Positions 30,365 to 40,829 of a stretch of 64,000 nucleotides of DNA are shown piece by piece. Origin of the DNA: an uncultured Planctomycetota bacterium (GTDB lineage: Bacteria > Planctomycetota > Planctomycetia > Isosphaerales > Isosphaeraceae); assembly GCA_963823665.1 (NCBI GenBank), contig CAWGMQ010000011.1, positions 576,001-640,000 of the forward strand, read 5' to 3'. Under the pieces are notes generated by a model that ran no database searches, had not been told where the DNA came from, and worked only from the letters and a program-made list of their open reading frames with translations. The position numbers were made by a program, and so were the translations under genes. How positions within the stretch are numbered: the stretch's first letter is position 1; the number at the start of each line of letters is the position of its first letter.

Positions 30365-32101
30365 CTAGCGGATCCAATGCATTCGCTCGTAATAAGGGCG
30401 GAAGAGAATACGGGTATCGTGGTTGATTCGGATGTCGGGTCCGAACGGCATGCCATGCGGCCAGTAAACGTAAAACGCCTTGCCGGTGACGAGCTGCCGC
30501 GGAACCTCCCAGTACTTTCGGTCAGACGGATCCCACGCGGTATCGTCGGTTCCCCACCCACGGCTATCCTTGCTGCGGGGACTGTTGTCTCCCATCATGA
30601 AGAATCGGTCAGGACCGATCTCGTACTCCGATGATCTTACGTTCGCCAGGCTGGGAAAGCGCGAAGAATCCGACAGGAAGTCAAGCAGGTCGGCGGGGGT
30701 GCGCGGATAATTCTGGTCCCAGACCAAGCCGTAGTCGACCCGTCCAGGGTACTGGGTATAGTAGATATCCCGTTTCAGGACAAGGTCGCTCGCGACCACC
30801 TCGGCATTTCGCGCCGAGATGGCGGCCGGGGCCAGATCAGCCTCGGTGGGAATCGGGATCGGCGCCACCGATTCGTACTCGATGCCATTGCCGTCACAGG
30901 GTTTACCGTCGACCACCAAGCTCATTCGGTCGTCGACGTTGGCGAATTCGAGGTGATGCCGCCCCGTGCCCTTGATGGTTGTCTGCCAGCGGCCCAGCTC
31001 CTCTTCGTTGCGGGAGACGACCGCCGTACCCGTGGCGAGGTCGATCGTGCAGAGGTGGGGAATTCCTCCCTTCACGAGCTCAAGCCGCACTGCGGCGCCC
31101 GGGCCGGCAGCACTGACCTCGATGTCGGCCTCCAGCGTCAAATCACCAACCCAGTGCGGTTGCATCCATGCGTTATCGATTTGACTTTCGTCGGGCAGAC
31201 GATTCCGAACGGCCATCATGTTGGTGTTGTAGGAGTAAAAGTCCGTGATCAGCGCCGCACGCGGGCCGCGTGGTGGCGGCTGGCTATTGAGCACCGCGTC
31301 CCAATCTTCAGGACCCGGCACGAGATTGCGGTAACGCAACTCGGCCCACTGTTCGCTCGCTTGCTTGGTCTGATAGCGGCTGACACCGAACTGCTCGATC
31401 AACCAGCCGCCGTCAGGGCTCGTCCAGCGCTGCCATTCCGGCTTCGTCTGGAACGCCCGCGGCTGGTGCCGATCGTCATACACGGCGATTTGCATGGCGG
31501 CCTGGTGCCGCAAAGGCTTGCGGGCCAAGGCGTAGCCCTCTCCGCCGGGCGATTTGATAAAGATGTCCCCGTGGAAAATGCGAACCGTCTCTCCCGGCAG
31601 GCCCACCAGGCGTTTGATGTAGCTTACCTCGGGATCCTCCGGATAGCGGAAGACGACGACGTCCCAGCGCTCGGGCGGAGTACTTCCCGGCAAAGAGGGC
31701 AGGTCATAGGGAAACATCATCACGAGGATCCGATCGCCCTTGAAGCTGGGCAAGGCTTCGACCTTCGCCTGGAAGCGGCAGTTGCTGCAAAGGCCGGAGT
31801 ACAAGCGCAAGTCCCGGTTTGCCGTTCGCGGCTCGACTTCTTCCGACGCGTTCAAGGCGAAGACGAAGTCGCACTGGGGGCAGGCAAGCTCCTTGTGCCG
31901 GCCCATCAGCGTGGGGGCCATCGAGCCCGTGGGAATGACGAACGCCTGGGCCTCAAAGCCCCGCACGACCAGGGCGAGAATGAAGGCGACCACGATGGCC
32001 TCGACGGTGTCACGGTGCCCTTCGCGGCGCGTTGCCGGCGTTTCAACGGTGGTTGCCTTCGGGGCAGCGCGCGGCTGCAAAGTTGCGGAGGACCGTCCCA
32101 T
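30365..32101 (-). CDS. lepB: Signal peptidase I (long form with CxxC pairs)
   Basis: IPTGSMAPTL, DVVVFRYP, YIKRLVGLPGE, MMGDNSPRSKDSR. Confidence 0.9.
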   Translation of the reverse strand: MGRSSATLQPRAAPKATTVETPATRREGHRDTVEAIVVAFILALVVRGFEAQAFVIPTGSMAPTLMGRHKELACPQCDFVFALNASEEVEPRTANRDLRLYSGLCSNCRFQAKVEALPSFKGDRILVMMFPYDLPSLPGSTPPERWDVVVFRYPEDPEVSYIKRLVGLPGETVRIFHGDIFIKSPGGEGYALARKPLRHQAAMQIAVYDDRHQPRAFQTKPEWQRWTSPDGGWLIEQFGVSRYQTKQASEQWAELRYRNLVPGPEDWDAVLNSQPPPRGPRAALITDFYSYNTNMMAVRNRLPDESQIDNAWMQPHWVGDLTLEADIEVSAAGPGAAVRLELVKGGIPHLCTIDLATGTAVVSRNEEELGRWQTTIKGTGRHHLEFANVDDRMSLVVDGKPCDGNGIEYESVAPIPIPTEADLAPAAISARNAEVVASDLVLKRDIYYTQYPGRVDYGLVWDQNYPRTPADLLDFLSDSSRFPSLANVRSSEYEIGPDRFFMMGDNSPRSKDSRGWGTDDTAWDPSDRKYWEVPRQLVTGKAFYVYWPHGMPFGPDIRINHDTRILFRPYYERMHWIR

Positions 32102-32148
32102 TCTGTTGTATGTCCCTTGCTGGCACGTGAAGCTTTTGGGCGGATGCG

Positions 32149-32188
32149 CAGTCGTTCCTAGCGAATGTCAGTCGTTCCTAGCGAATGT
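32149..32188. repeat. Perfect 20-bp tandem duplication CAGTCGTTCCTAGCGAATGT x2
   Basis: Seen directly. It spans the stop codon of the upstream lepB. Confidence 0.9.
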
Positions 32189-33642
32189 AACGAATTCGGC
32201 GCGGGTCGGGAACCCAGCAAAACGACCGGCCAAAAACCTTGAGCGGCACGAGCTCGCCGGGCAGATGCACCAGGAACGGCTTTCCCACGAACATCGACCC
32301 GCGCACGACGGGCCCGTCACTCCAGAACCTCGAGTCGTTCGAAACCGAGCTATTGTCGCCCAGCACAAAAAACTCGTCGACCCCCAACTTCACGCCCGAG
32401 CGAAGCCCGTGCGGCTGCTTCGGGGTGTTGGCCAGCATCCCGGTGTAGTAAATGTCGCGGTAGACCCGAATCTCGCTCACTTCGGCCGCTCCACCACGAA
32501 CGCCAAGCTCCACCGGGCAGGTACCCGTAGTGCCTCTCGAGGCAGGATCGTCGAAATCAAACGGATCGAACAAGAGCCGCTCATCAATCGCGGCCTGGAA
32601 GCGTCCGTCCATAACCGCCGCTTCGAGAAGGATCGCTCTCGGCCGCAAGCATTTTCCTGAAATCGGGTTAGATCGATTGGAGAGCGGAACACTCTGTCCG
32701 TTGCGAAGCAGCTCGATTTCGCCGCCGGCGGCCGCTGGGATCCGTAACAAGAAACGATCGAAGCCGGAGCAAAGTGCGATGGAGATGGTCTCCACCGATG
32801 GGCCGAGCGTGACGTGGGCTTCGATTCCCAGGTCTTTGACCTCATTGAGCTGCGCGGCTCGCTGCCATTGTAGCCGTGGAAGTCGGTGATGCCGCCGTAG
32901 TTGCCGCGGCCTGAGTCCCAGTGCTTGTAGACCAACCAGTCGTCGGTGGGGCGCACGGCGGAGTGTGGGCGGCGTGCACGAACCGGCTGCCCTGGCGGCT
33001 CCACGTGCTCAGGGCGGCTCCTGCTCCGGCAGCCGCGTCGGATCGGAACAGCCAGCGCGGTTTCACGGCGGCGTCTTGGGGCTGAAAGCGGCTGTCATGA
33101 AGGAGGATTCGCATCGCGCGGATTTCCGCGAGTGACTTCCGGGCGAGCCGATCGTTCACAAATACGTCGCCTTCCTTGATGCGAATCAAATCCCCGGGGA
33201 GGCCGACGACGCGTTTGACGTAGGCCTGCGAGGGCTCGCCGGGAAAATGGAACACGGCCACTTCCCAGCGCCGGGGCCGGCGAAATTCGTAGAGGAACTT
33301 CTCGACCAGGACGCGATCGCCGCCGCACTCGATTGAAGGGCAGTCATCGAGGTTTCGCTTGCCGCAATTCGGGCAGATCGCGGCACCCGTCTGGCCCTCG
33401 TTTTCGATGCCGATCACGAAGACCGCATGGCAGCTCGGGCACACGAGCTCTCGGTGCCAGCCCAGAAGCGTCGGGGCCATCGAGCCCGTTGGTACGACGT
33501 ACGCCTCGGCGGTGAATGTGCGCACCAGAAGCACACTGACGCACAGCAGCGAGATCAACTCGGCCGTCTGGCGCGCCCCGCTGCTCCTCGGGCGGGCGAG
33601 TCGGCGGCGCCGTGATTCGCTGTGGAGCCCGATTGAGCTCAT
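32178..33642 (-). CDS. lepB: Signal peptidase I (second paralog), frameshifted around 32800-33000
   Basis: VPTGSMAPTL and YVKRVVGLPGD in ORF 32842-33642. VLGDNSSVSNDSRFW in ORF 32178-32795. Confidence 0.85.
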
Positions 33643-33683
33643 GCTCGATGGATCCGCCTGTGGTTTAACGATTTACGGCACGC

Positions 33684-35489
33684 TCAGTCATCGCTGTCAT
33701 CCAGCACAGAAAGGAACGCGTCCTGAGAGATCTCGACGCTCCCTACCTGTTTCATACGTTTCTTGCCTTCTTTTTGCTTTTCGAGAAGCTTGCGCTTGCG
33801 GGTGATGTCGCCGCCGTAGCATTTGGCGGTGACGTTTTTCCGCAGGGCTGAGATGGACTCGCGGGCGACGACCCGGCCGCCGATGGCGGCCTGGATGGCT
33901 ACTTCGAATTGGTGCCGTTCGATCTCTCCCTTCAACTTCCGGACCAGCTTTCGGCCGCGGCGATCGGCGTGGGTGCGGTGCACGACGATGGAGAGAGCAT
34001 CGACGCGCTGGCCGGCCACGAGGATATCGAGCCGGCAGAGATCTCCGGCGCGGAAGCCGATCACCTCGTAATCCATCGTACCGTAACCGCGGGTTGCGCT
34101 CTTCAGCTTGTCGTAAAGATCGTAGATCATTTCGGCGAGCGGCAGCTCGTAGGTCAGGATGGCGCGGGTGGGCGAGAGGTACTCGGTCTTGATGAAAGTG
34201 CCGCGGCGATCTTCGGAAAGCTGCATGATCACGCCGATCGAGTCGCTGGGGATGATGAAGTTCACGCGGGCGATGGGCTCGCGGAATTCCTCGATGGCGC
34301 CGGCGTCGGGAATGCGGGTAGGGTTGGAGATGTGCAGCGTCTCGCCCTCGCGGGTGATGATCTCGTAAGTGACCGTCGGGGCGGTTTGAACCAGCGACAG
34401 GTCACTCTCGCGCTCGAGCCGCTGCTGGACGATTTCCATGTGCAGCATGCCCAGGAAGCCGCAGCGAAACCCGAAGCCGAGTGCATCGGACGACTCGGGC
34501 TCGAACGTGAAGCTCGAGTCGTTGAGCGCGAGTTTCTGGAGGGCGGTGCGCAGGTCGTCGAACTGGTTGTTGGTGGCGGGAAAGAGCCCGCAGAACACGA
34601 CGGGGACCGGCTCCAGGTAGCCAGGCAGTGCCACCTGGGCAGGGCGCGGCATCTGGGTGATGGTGTCGCCGATCTTGACGTCGGAGAGCTGCTTGATGTT
34701 GGCGCTGACGTAACCGACCTGCCCCACTCCCAACTCGTCGCAGGGAACCTCGCGGGGCCGGAACCGGCCCAGCCCGATCACTTCGTAGTTCCGGTCTTCG
34801 GCCATGAGGCGGATCTGCTGGCCGACGCGGAGAGTACCATCGACCACCCTGACATAAGTGATCACGCCCTGGTAGTCGTCGAATTTGGAGTCGAAGATCA
34901 GGGCCCGAAGCGGGGCATTGGGATCGCCGGCAGGATGGGGAACTCGCTCGATGATGGCGCGAAAGACATCGGGCACCCCCTGCCCCGTCTTGGCGCTGAT
35001 GGCGAGGACCTCGGCGGGGTCGATTCCCAGGCTGGTCAAGATCTCTTCCTTGATCTCCTCGGGGCGGGAGGCCTGCATATCGATCTTGTTGAGCACGGGA
35101 ACGATTGCCAGGTTGTTATTCACCGCGAGATAGGCATTGGCGACGGTCTGTGCCTGCACGCCCTGAGTGGCGTCCACGAGGAGAATCGCGCCTTCGCAGG
35201 CGGCCAGGCTGCGGGAGACTTCGTAGTGGAAGTCGACGTGGCCGGGTGTGTCGATCAGGTTGAGCTCGTAGGTCTGGCCGTCGAGCGTGTAATTGATGGC
35301 GACGGCGCGGGCCTTGATGGTGATGCCGCGCTCGCGCTCCAGATCCATATCGTCCAGGAGCTGCTCGCGAAATTCGCGCTGGGTGATGGCGCCCGATTGC
35401 AGGAGGAGTTGGTCGGCCAGCGTGCTCTTACCATGATCGATATGGGCGACGATCGAGAAATTTCGGATGAACTTCGGGTCGACAAGCAT
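33684..35489 (-). CDS. lepA: Translation elongation factor 4
   Basis: IRNFSIVAHIDHGKSTLAD, LNLIDTPGHVDF, KCYGGDITRKRKLLEKQKEGKKRMK. Confidence 0.97.
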   Translation of the reverse strand: MLVDPKFIRNFSIVAHIDHGKSTLADQLLLQSGAITQREFREQLLDDMDLERERGITIKARAVAINYTLDGQTYELNLIDTPGHVDFHYEVSRSLAACEGAILLVDATQGVQAQTVANAYLAVNNNLAIVPVLNKIDMQASRPEEIKEEILTSLGIDPAEVLAISAKTGQGVPDVFRAIIERVPHPAGDPNAPLRALIFDSKFDDYQGVITYVRVVDGTLRVGQQIRLMAEDRNYEVIGLGRFRPREVPCDELGVGQVGYVSANIKQLSDVKIGDTITQMPRPAQVALPGYLEPVPVVFCGLFPATNNQFDDLRTALQKLALNDSSFTFEPESSDALGFGFRCGFLGMLHMEIVQQRLERESDLSLVQTAPTVTYEIITREGETLHISNPTRIPDAGAIEEFREPIARVNFIIPSDSIGVIMQLSEDRRGTFIKTEYLSPTRAILTYELPLAEMIYDLYDKLKSATRGYGTMDYEVIGFRAGDLCRLDILVAGQRVDALSIVVHRTHADRRGRKLVRKLKGEIERHQFEVAIQAAIGGRVVARESISALRKNVTAKCYGGDITRKRKLLEKQKEGKKRMKQVGSVEISQDAFLSVLDDSDD

Positions 35490-35839
35490 CGAACGCTGGC
35501 TCTCCTCAAGGCGATTCGGCAGGCGGGATTCTGTGATCGGTGCGATCGGGCGGGCCGCCCAGGGGGGGCGCACCACGATGACCTGACTGCATGATTATAT
35601 TGTGTGGGGAGCAAACGGAGAAGGTGGGTTGCACCTATTGGTCTGCGGAGCTGGTAAGTGAGTCCTTCGCCCCCCGAAACCCGACACGCCGGTTTGAAAG
35701 TTGCTCAACTCGTCGCCGCGAGGGCTCCTGAAGTGCTATGCCGCAATCGTACTGGTATCCTTCGGGGTCGGTAGGTAGACTCGACAGGCGTGCGACTTTT
35801 GTAAGAAAATGGAGGCCGCCGCGAGGCGGTTACCGGAGC

Positions 35840-37114
35840 ATGTCGAAGGGCCACCGAAGATCCTGCTGGTCGCCTTGGTGGCACGCATGCGGGCTCGAAG
35901 CTCGACTCGCCTTTGCGGCGGGATTGGTCCTGCTCATCGCGGGCGAGGGGCATGCTGGCGAGATGCGGAACGTTAATGGATGCGTGGTGGACCAAACCGG
36001 GACGCCTGTCGCGCGTGCGGACGTCGCTTTCTTCTGGACGGCGAACGGACCGCTCAATGACCCAAGGGGCAAGCCCTACGATTTCGACGCGGTTGAAGGA
36101 CGGCGGGCACTCTCGGCCAATCTCGGGAAGATGTTTCCGTTGGGAGACATCGAAAGACCAACCAAGACGGGGCCTGACGGCCGGTTCTCGATGAGCATAC
36201 CCGGCGATCGCCATCACTTGTTAGCGATGGACCACTCCCGCAATCGCGGGGGCTTGGTGATCCTGCCCAAGGGAAAGGGAGCGGCCGATGTCCAGATCCG
36301 TCTCGGTCCCATGGTTCGTGTCCGAGGATCGATTGAAAGTCCCGGAGCAGGCGAACGTCCAGCAGAGCCTGTTGTCCTGGCGATGCTGCCCGATGATCCC
36401 GCGCGACCCCTTGATCTGACGATCCTGACCAGATGTGCGGCAATCGACAGCCGGTTCGAGATGTCGTTCCCGCCTGGTCATTACGTGCTCAATATCTCGG
36501 CTTCGAGGGACAACTTCAGCGAAGAGGCGAATGCCCCGAACAGGGAGCTTCTTCTGACGGGTGAGATTTCGGAGATCGACCTTGGCGTGCTGCGTCTATC
36601 CCCGTTCAAGCCGACGGTTCAGGGAAGGATCGAAAGAGCCAAGGCCGCCGGCGCCTGGGATTACACCAAGCATTACGGCGAGAAACCGCCCCAATGGCAC
36701 ATCCTCGATGCTCGCGGTGTGTCCAAGGACGCGCAGATTTCTGACTTCAAGGGGAAGTGGCTTCTGGTCTACTTCTGGGGCCTCCCCTGCTACCCGTGCA
36801 TAAGTCGTGGAATCCCCAATCTGATGAAGTTCTACGAAGAACATCAGGCCCAGCGGGATCGATTCGAAATCCTGGCGCTTTACATGGATGTCGAGGGCGA
36901 GGTGAAATCGGTCGCCGACCTCGACAAGAGGTTGCAACCCTTCGTCAAGAACGTCTGGGGCAAGCAGCTTCCATTTCCCGTTCTGCTTGATCCCAGCTTC
37001 ACAACGATGGAACGCTATGGGTTGCCAGGGTTCGGTGCTCTTATCTTGATCGATCCCCAAGGGAATCTTGTCAAGGGCGACGAGACGGTACTCGCGGAGA
37101 AACTCAAGGAGTGA
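35840..37114 (+). CDS. Secreted protein with carboxypeptidase-regulatory-like domain and C-terminal TlpA/thioredoxin fold
   Basis: GCVVDQTGTPVARADV, TGPDGRFSM, DFKGKWLLVYFWGLPCYPC. Confidence 0.78.
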   Translation: MSKGHRRSCWSPWWHACGLEARLAFAAGLVLLIAGEGHAGEMRNVNGCVVDQTGTPVARADVAFFWTANGPLNDPRGKPYDFDAVEGRRALSANLGKMFPLGDIERPTKTGPDGRFSMSIPGDRHHLLAMDHSRNRGGLVILPKGKGAADVQIRLGPMVRVRGSIESPGAGERPAEPVVLAMLPDDPARPLDLTILTRCAAIDSRFEMSFPPGHYVLNISASRDNFSEEANAPNRELLLTGEISEIDLGVLRLSPFKPTVQGRIERAKAAGAWDYTKHYGEKPPQWHILDARGVSKDAQISDFKGKWLLVYFWGLPCYPCISRGIPNLMKFYEEHQAQRDRFEILALYMDVEGEVKSVADLDKRLQPFVKNVWGKQLPFPVLLDPSFTTMERYGLPGFGALILIDPQGNLVKGDETVLAEKLKE

Positions 37115-37376
37115 TGATTAGCCCCACGTTCAACAACGAACGAGGCCGGGGGGCCACGGGGCAACCGGCGATGCCATGCCGACCGGTTAGTCTCGCGCTC
37201 GGGGTTTTTAGCGCATTGTGTCCGGGACCCCACAAAGAGTTCAGAGATCCTCGCGGTCTCTATTGACCGCGACGGCAAGCTTGAAGCGTCAAGGAGAATT
37301 CGAAGCTGACGTCGTGCGCCGGGTCCGAGTGTCACTGTCCGCGCGCCTGCATGACGGTGAAACAGGGGAGGATGGA

Positions 37377-38030
37377 ATGTCCGCGGTCGGGCAGATGTGG
37401 CTCTGGGCGATCTTGCTGCCGGCGATGTTCGTCCTCACCCAGAACATGTGCGTCTGGCGGACGCCTCGATTCCTCGGGGGCGTGGCACTCTTCCTGCTGT
37501 ACGAGTCGTATTGCACGTTTTTGTTGTTCCTCGCCGCACTGCCTGGGTTCCTCTACTTCGGCGCCGCAAGCATCATCTATCGGCAAACCGATGGCGAGTT
37601 GGTCCGTCGCGCGTCATTGGCCGCTTGCTGTCTCTTCTTCATGGCGCTCTGGCTTCTGGCCCTCAAGGCAGCCGGCTCCTTCCGACATCGAGCGTTCGTC
37701 CAGGCATCCCGAGTCGGTCATCAACTCGTGGAGGCGCTTGCGCGATACTGGAACGACAACGGTGCGTATCCTGACAGCCTCGAGCGACTGGTCCCCGGCT
37801 ATCTGGCCGCGATCCCATATACCAGAATGATCGGGTATCCAGAATTCTCGTATCTCAAGGACCGCAACGATACCGAGCGCAGCCCCGGTTCCTATGAACT
37901 GCGGATCGATTGCACAAACGGGCCGATCAACTTCGACAGATTTATCTACTGGCCCTCCGAGACGTATCCTGACCGGATCCAGGCGAAACCGGTCGAGCGA
38001 ATCGATAAATGGGCGTATGTCCACGAATGA
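37377..38030 (+). CDS. Hypothetical membrane protein
   Basis: Several TM helices, then ALARYWNDNGAYPDSLERLVPGYL (pilin-like motif). GGAGG RBS. Confidence 0.6.
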   Translation: MSAVGQMWLWAILLPAMFVLTQNMCVWRTPRFLGGVALFLLYESYCTFLLFLAALPGFLYFGAASIIYRQTDGELVRRASLAACCLFFMALWLLALKAAGSFRHRAFVQASRVGHQLVEALARYWNDNGAYPDSLERLVPGYLAAIPYTRMIGYPEFSYLKDRNDTERSPGSYELRIDCTNGPINFDRFIYWPSETYPDRIQAKPVERIDKWAYVHE

Positions 38031-38234
38031 AAGAAGGCGAAGCACTGAGCAGACCGGGGTCGATCACTGTTGAATCGCCCCGTCCGTTCGTCGCTCATGG
38101 TGCGCAAGGGCGATGCCTTCGCGACACTCGGTATGCACCGCGGTTCGTGCGGCCTGAACCGAGCGAACACTGAAGCTCGCGTGCTTCTGGCATGGGAACG
38201 GCCTCGATCGGCATATACGATAGGGGCGAGCTTC

Positions 38235-38615
38235 ATGCGCGAAATCAACTTGATCACAGCTTGGGCTGCCATTCTGACGGGTCTCATCACGGGAACCGCG
38301 ATCGGATTGTTGTTCCATGACGAGGGATGGCTGGGGGGCTACGGTTCGTGGCGGCGGCGGCTGGTGCGACTGGGTCATATTTCGTTCTTCGGTACGGGGT
38401 TGCTGAATCTCGCGTTCGTTCTCTCAGTGGAGCATCTCCGGCTTGAGGTGGCACCGCCCGTTGCCTCAGCGGGGTTTGTGATCGGGGCGGTGGCCATGCC
38501 GGCGGTGTGCTTTCTCTCGGCGTGGCGAAAGGCCTTCCGGCATCTCTTCTTTATTCCGGTGGGTGCGCTGATCGTCGCCACAGGCGACTTCTTGTTCCGG
38601 GGGGTGCTCGCATGA
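38235..38615 (+). CDS. Four-TM membrane protein with conserved-looking RRLVRLGH motif
   Basis: Hydrophobic ORF, ATGA-coupled to the radical SAM gene. Confidence 0.7.
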   Translation: MREINLITAWAAILTGLITGTAIGLLFHDEGWLGGYGSWRRRLVRLGHISFFGTGLLNLAFVLSVEHLRLEVAPPVASAGFVIGAVAMPAVCFLSAWRKAFRHLFFIPVGALIVATGDFLFRGVLA

Positions 38616-39940
38616 GAATCGGGTTGATCGCGATGAGCGGCGTGCGTGCGTGCGATCCGGAGCTCGTCCGTCTGGGCATGACGCTGCCGGGCTTCGTTGA
38701 GCGCGGGAAGGTGATCGCGTCGCTGCCGAGCCTGGGGCTGCTCACGCTTGCGGGGATGACTCCTGCGCACCACTCTTGCGAATATCACGAAGTGAAGGAA
38801 CTTCGTGGGCTGGGCCCCCTGCCCGATCGCCTGGATCTGGTGGCGATCTCGAGCTTGAGCGCGCAGATCCATGAAGCGTATGAGCTGGCGGACCGTTATC
38901 GAGCGATCGGGATACCCGTCGTGATGGGTGGTCTTCACGTCACGGCGCTGCCGGAAGAGGCGAGTCTACACGCCGATGCCGTGGTGATCGGCGAGGGAGA
39001 GCCGGTATGGCTCGAGGTCTTGCGAGACGCGGAGACGGGGCGGCTCAAGCGGTTTTATCGGGCACGGCGTGAATCCTCTCTTGGGGATGCGCCGATTCCT
39101 GCGTTCGAGCTGCTTGACCCGGCGAAATACAACAGACTGGTCGTGCAGGCCAGCCGGGGCTGCCCGCTGCGCTGCGAGTTTTGCGCGAGCTCGATCTTGC
39201 TCACGCGCCGATACAAGCAAAAGCCGATCGAGAAGGTGCTTGCGGAGATCGATCGGATTCGTTCCGTCTGGCGCCGACCATTCATCGAATTCGGCGACGA
39301 TAATGCGTTCGTGAATCGGCGATACTGGAAGCAGTTGCTCCCCGAGCTGGCCAAGCGTAAGATCCGCTGGTTCGCCGAGACCGACCTTTCCGTGCATGAA
39401 GATGCTGAGCTGCTGCGGCTGATGCGCGAGAGCGGGTGTGCCGAGGTGCTCATCGGCTTCGAGAGCCCCGGCGAATGGGGCCTGCGTGGCATGGAGCTCA
39501 AGCGCGACTGGAAGCTCAAGCGGTGGCGCGAGGCGAAGGAGGCCGTCCGGGGAATCCAGTCGCATGGCATTCGGGTCAACGGCTGCTTTATCCTCGGACT
39601 TGATGGCCAGGGCCCGGAGATCTTTGACCAAGTGCTGGAGTTCGCCATGGAAACCGAGATGTTCGACGTGCAGATCACGGTCCAGACGCCGTTTCCGGGC
39701 ACGCCGCTGTATGACCGGTTGAGGCGCTCCGGACGGTTGCTCCGCGATGACGCGTGGGAAACTTGCACGCTTTTCGATATCAACTTCCGTCCCGAACAGT
39801 TCACGCCCGAAGAACTGCGGCGCGGGTTCATCAATCTGGGTGAGCGACTCTACAGCCATGAGCTCACCGAGCGGCGGCGTGCCAATTTCGAGGAGAACTA
39901 CCGCAGCGCGCTTGCGGCTTCCGAGGAGAAGGCGTCATGA
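38612..39940 (+). CDS. B12-binding domain radical SAM protein
   Basis: PSLGLLTLAGMTP, VVMGGLHVT, VIGEGE, CxxxCxxC in ASRGCPLRCEFC, IGFES, TPFPGTPLY. Confidence 0.92.
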   Translation: MRIGLIAMSGVRACDPELVRLGMTLPGFVERGKVIASLPSLGLLTLAGMTPAHHSCEYHEVKELRGLGPLPDRLDLVAISSLSAQIHEAYELADRYRAIGIPVVMGGLHVTALPEEASLHADAVVIGEGEPVWLEVLRDAETGRLKRFYRARRESSLGDAPIPAFELLDPAKYNRLVVQASRGCPLRCEFCASSILLTRRYKQKPIEKVLAEIDRIRSVWRRPFIEFGDDNAFVNRRYWKQLLPELAKRKIRWFAETDLSVHEDAELLRLMRESGCAEVLIGFESPGEWGLRGMELKRDWKLKRWREAKEAVRGIQSHGIRVNGCFILGLDGQGPEIFDQVLEFAMETEMFDVQITVQTPFPGTPLYDRLRRSGRLLRDDAWETCTLFDINFRPEQFTPEELRRGFINLGERLYSHELTERRRANFEENYRSALAASEEKAS

Positions 39941-40353
39941 CCCGGACTCGAGCCATCGCCGCGTTATTTCTCGTAGCCGCGCTCTATGATGGACTGCTTG
40001 GCGCGGCCTTCTTGATTGCCCCCGGCTGGGTCTACGAGCAGGCTCAAGTGACGCCGCCCAACCATTGGGGGTACGTTCAATTTCCGGCCGCTTTGCTGTT
40101 GGTATTTGCCTGCATGTTCGTCGCCGTCGCGATCAATCCGATTGCCAATCGGAACCTTATCATCTATGGCTTTCTTCTCAAGGTTTCGTATTGCGGGCTG
40201 GCATTCTGGTACTGGTTCAGCGCGGGTATACCGGGGATCTGGAAGCCGTTCGCCGTTATTGATTTGATCATGGCGGTGCTGTTCTTGGTTGCGCGGCGTG
40301 CGCTTCGGGCGAGCGACAGCCAGCGAATGGGTAAAGGCATCGGAGCCGGATAG
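39937..40353 (+). CDS. Four-TM membrane protein
   Basis: Hydrophobic ORF, ATGA-coupled to the radical SAM gene. Confidence 0.7.
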   Translation: MTRTRAIAALFLVAALYDGLLGAAFLIAPGWVYEQAQVTPPNHWGYVQFPAALLLVFACMFVAVAINPIANRNLIIYGFLLKVSYCGLAFWYWFSAGIPGIWKPFAVIDLIMAVLFLVARRALRASDSQRMGKGIGAG

Positions 40354-40380
40354 GCATGCCAAGGCGGACGATCAACGGGT

Positions 40381-40758
40381 GAGAACTGGACTTCGGTCCT
40401 TTGCGATGAATTTGAGGCTGAGGAGGGTTCATTCCTTCTCAAGCTCAGGTGCGCGCTGGAGTGGGACAGGGAGGCGTTCTCGCGACTCGCCGAGGCGATG
40501 GAAGCGTGCGCCATTGCTCAGGCCACCTGCCCGGAGATCGAGCGCAGGATCGCTCAGGGCTTCTGGTACCTGGAGCGGTTCGTACCCGAGTGGTCGAATC
40601 ACCCGAATTTCCCGCGACCGTATGAAGAACAATATTACCAGGCTGCATGTGAGCGGCTGAGCGACCTGGCGTACTGGTTTTTCTTCGGAGAATCTCCGTA
40701 TGAAGGCGGCGGGTGGCTGCGCCGTTGTGAGGGCGAGATTGGAACCTCGTCGGAGTGA
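40381..40758 (+). CDS. Hypothetical protein, possibly polymorphic-toxin immunity-like; start lost or frameshifted
   Basis: The open frame extends upstream of ORF 40498 as ENWTSVLCDEFEAEEGSFLLKLRCALEWDREAF. The family guess is from resemblance only. Confidence 0.45.
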   Translation, partial: ENWTSVLCDEFEAEEGSFLLKLRCALEWDREAFSRLAEAMEACAIAQATCPEIERRIAQGFWYLERFVPEWSNHPNFPRPYEEQYYQAACERLSDLAYWFFFGESPYEGGGWLRRCEGEIGTSSE

Positions 40759-40829
40759 CCGGGTTGAGACGCGCCGATCGCCAGAACGATCGAAATTGAG
40801 ATCGGCCTGCTATCAGATTCGCGAGCGAT

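Noticed and set aside
33909..35594. Long antisense ORFs (e.g. 353-2143, 18489-19949, 27213-28397, 33909-35594)
   Set aside because: These are shadow frames opposite well-supported genes, expected in high-GC DNA.
38031..38234. Cobalamin riboswitch before the B12 radical SAM operon
   Set aside because: I could not find the conserved B12-box or the GCCACTG/GGGAAG elements. An Infernal search would settle it.
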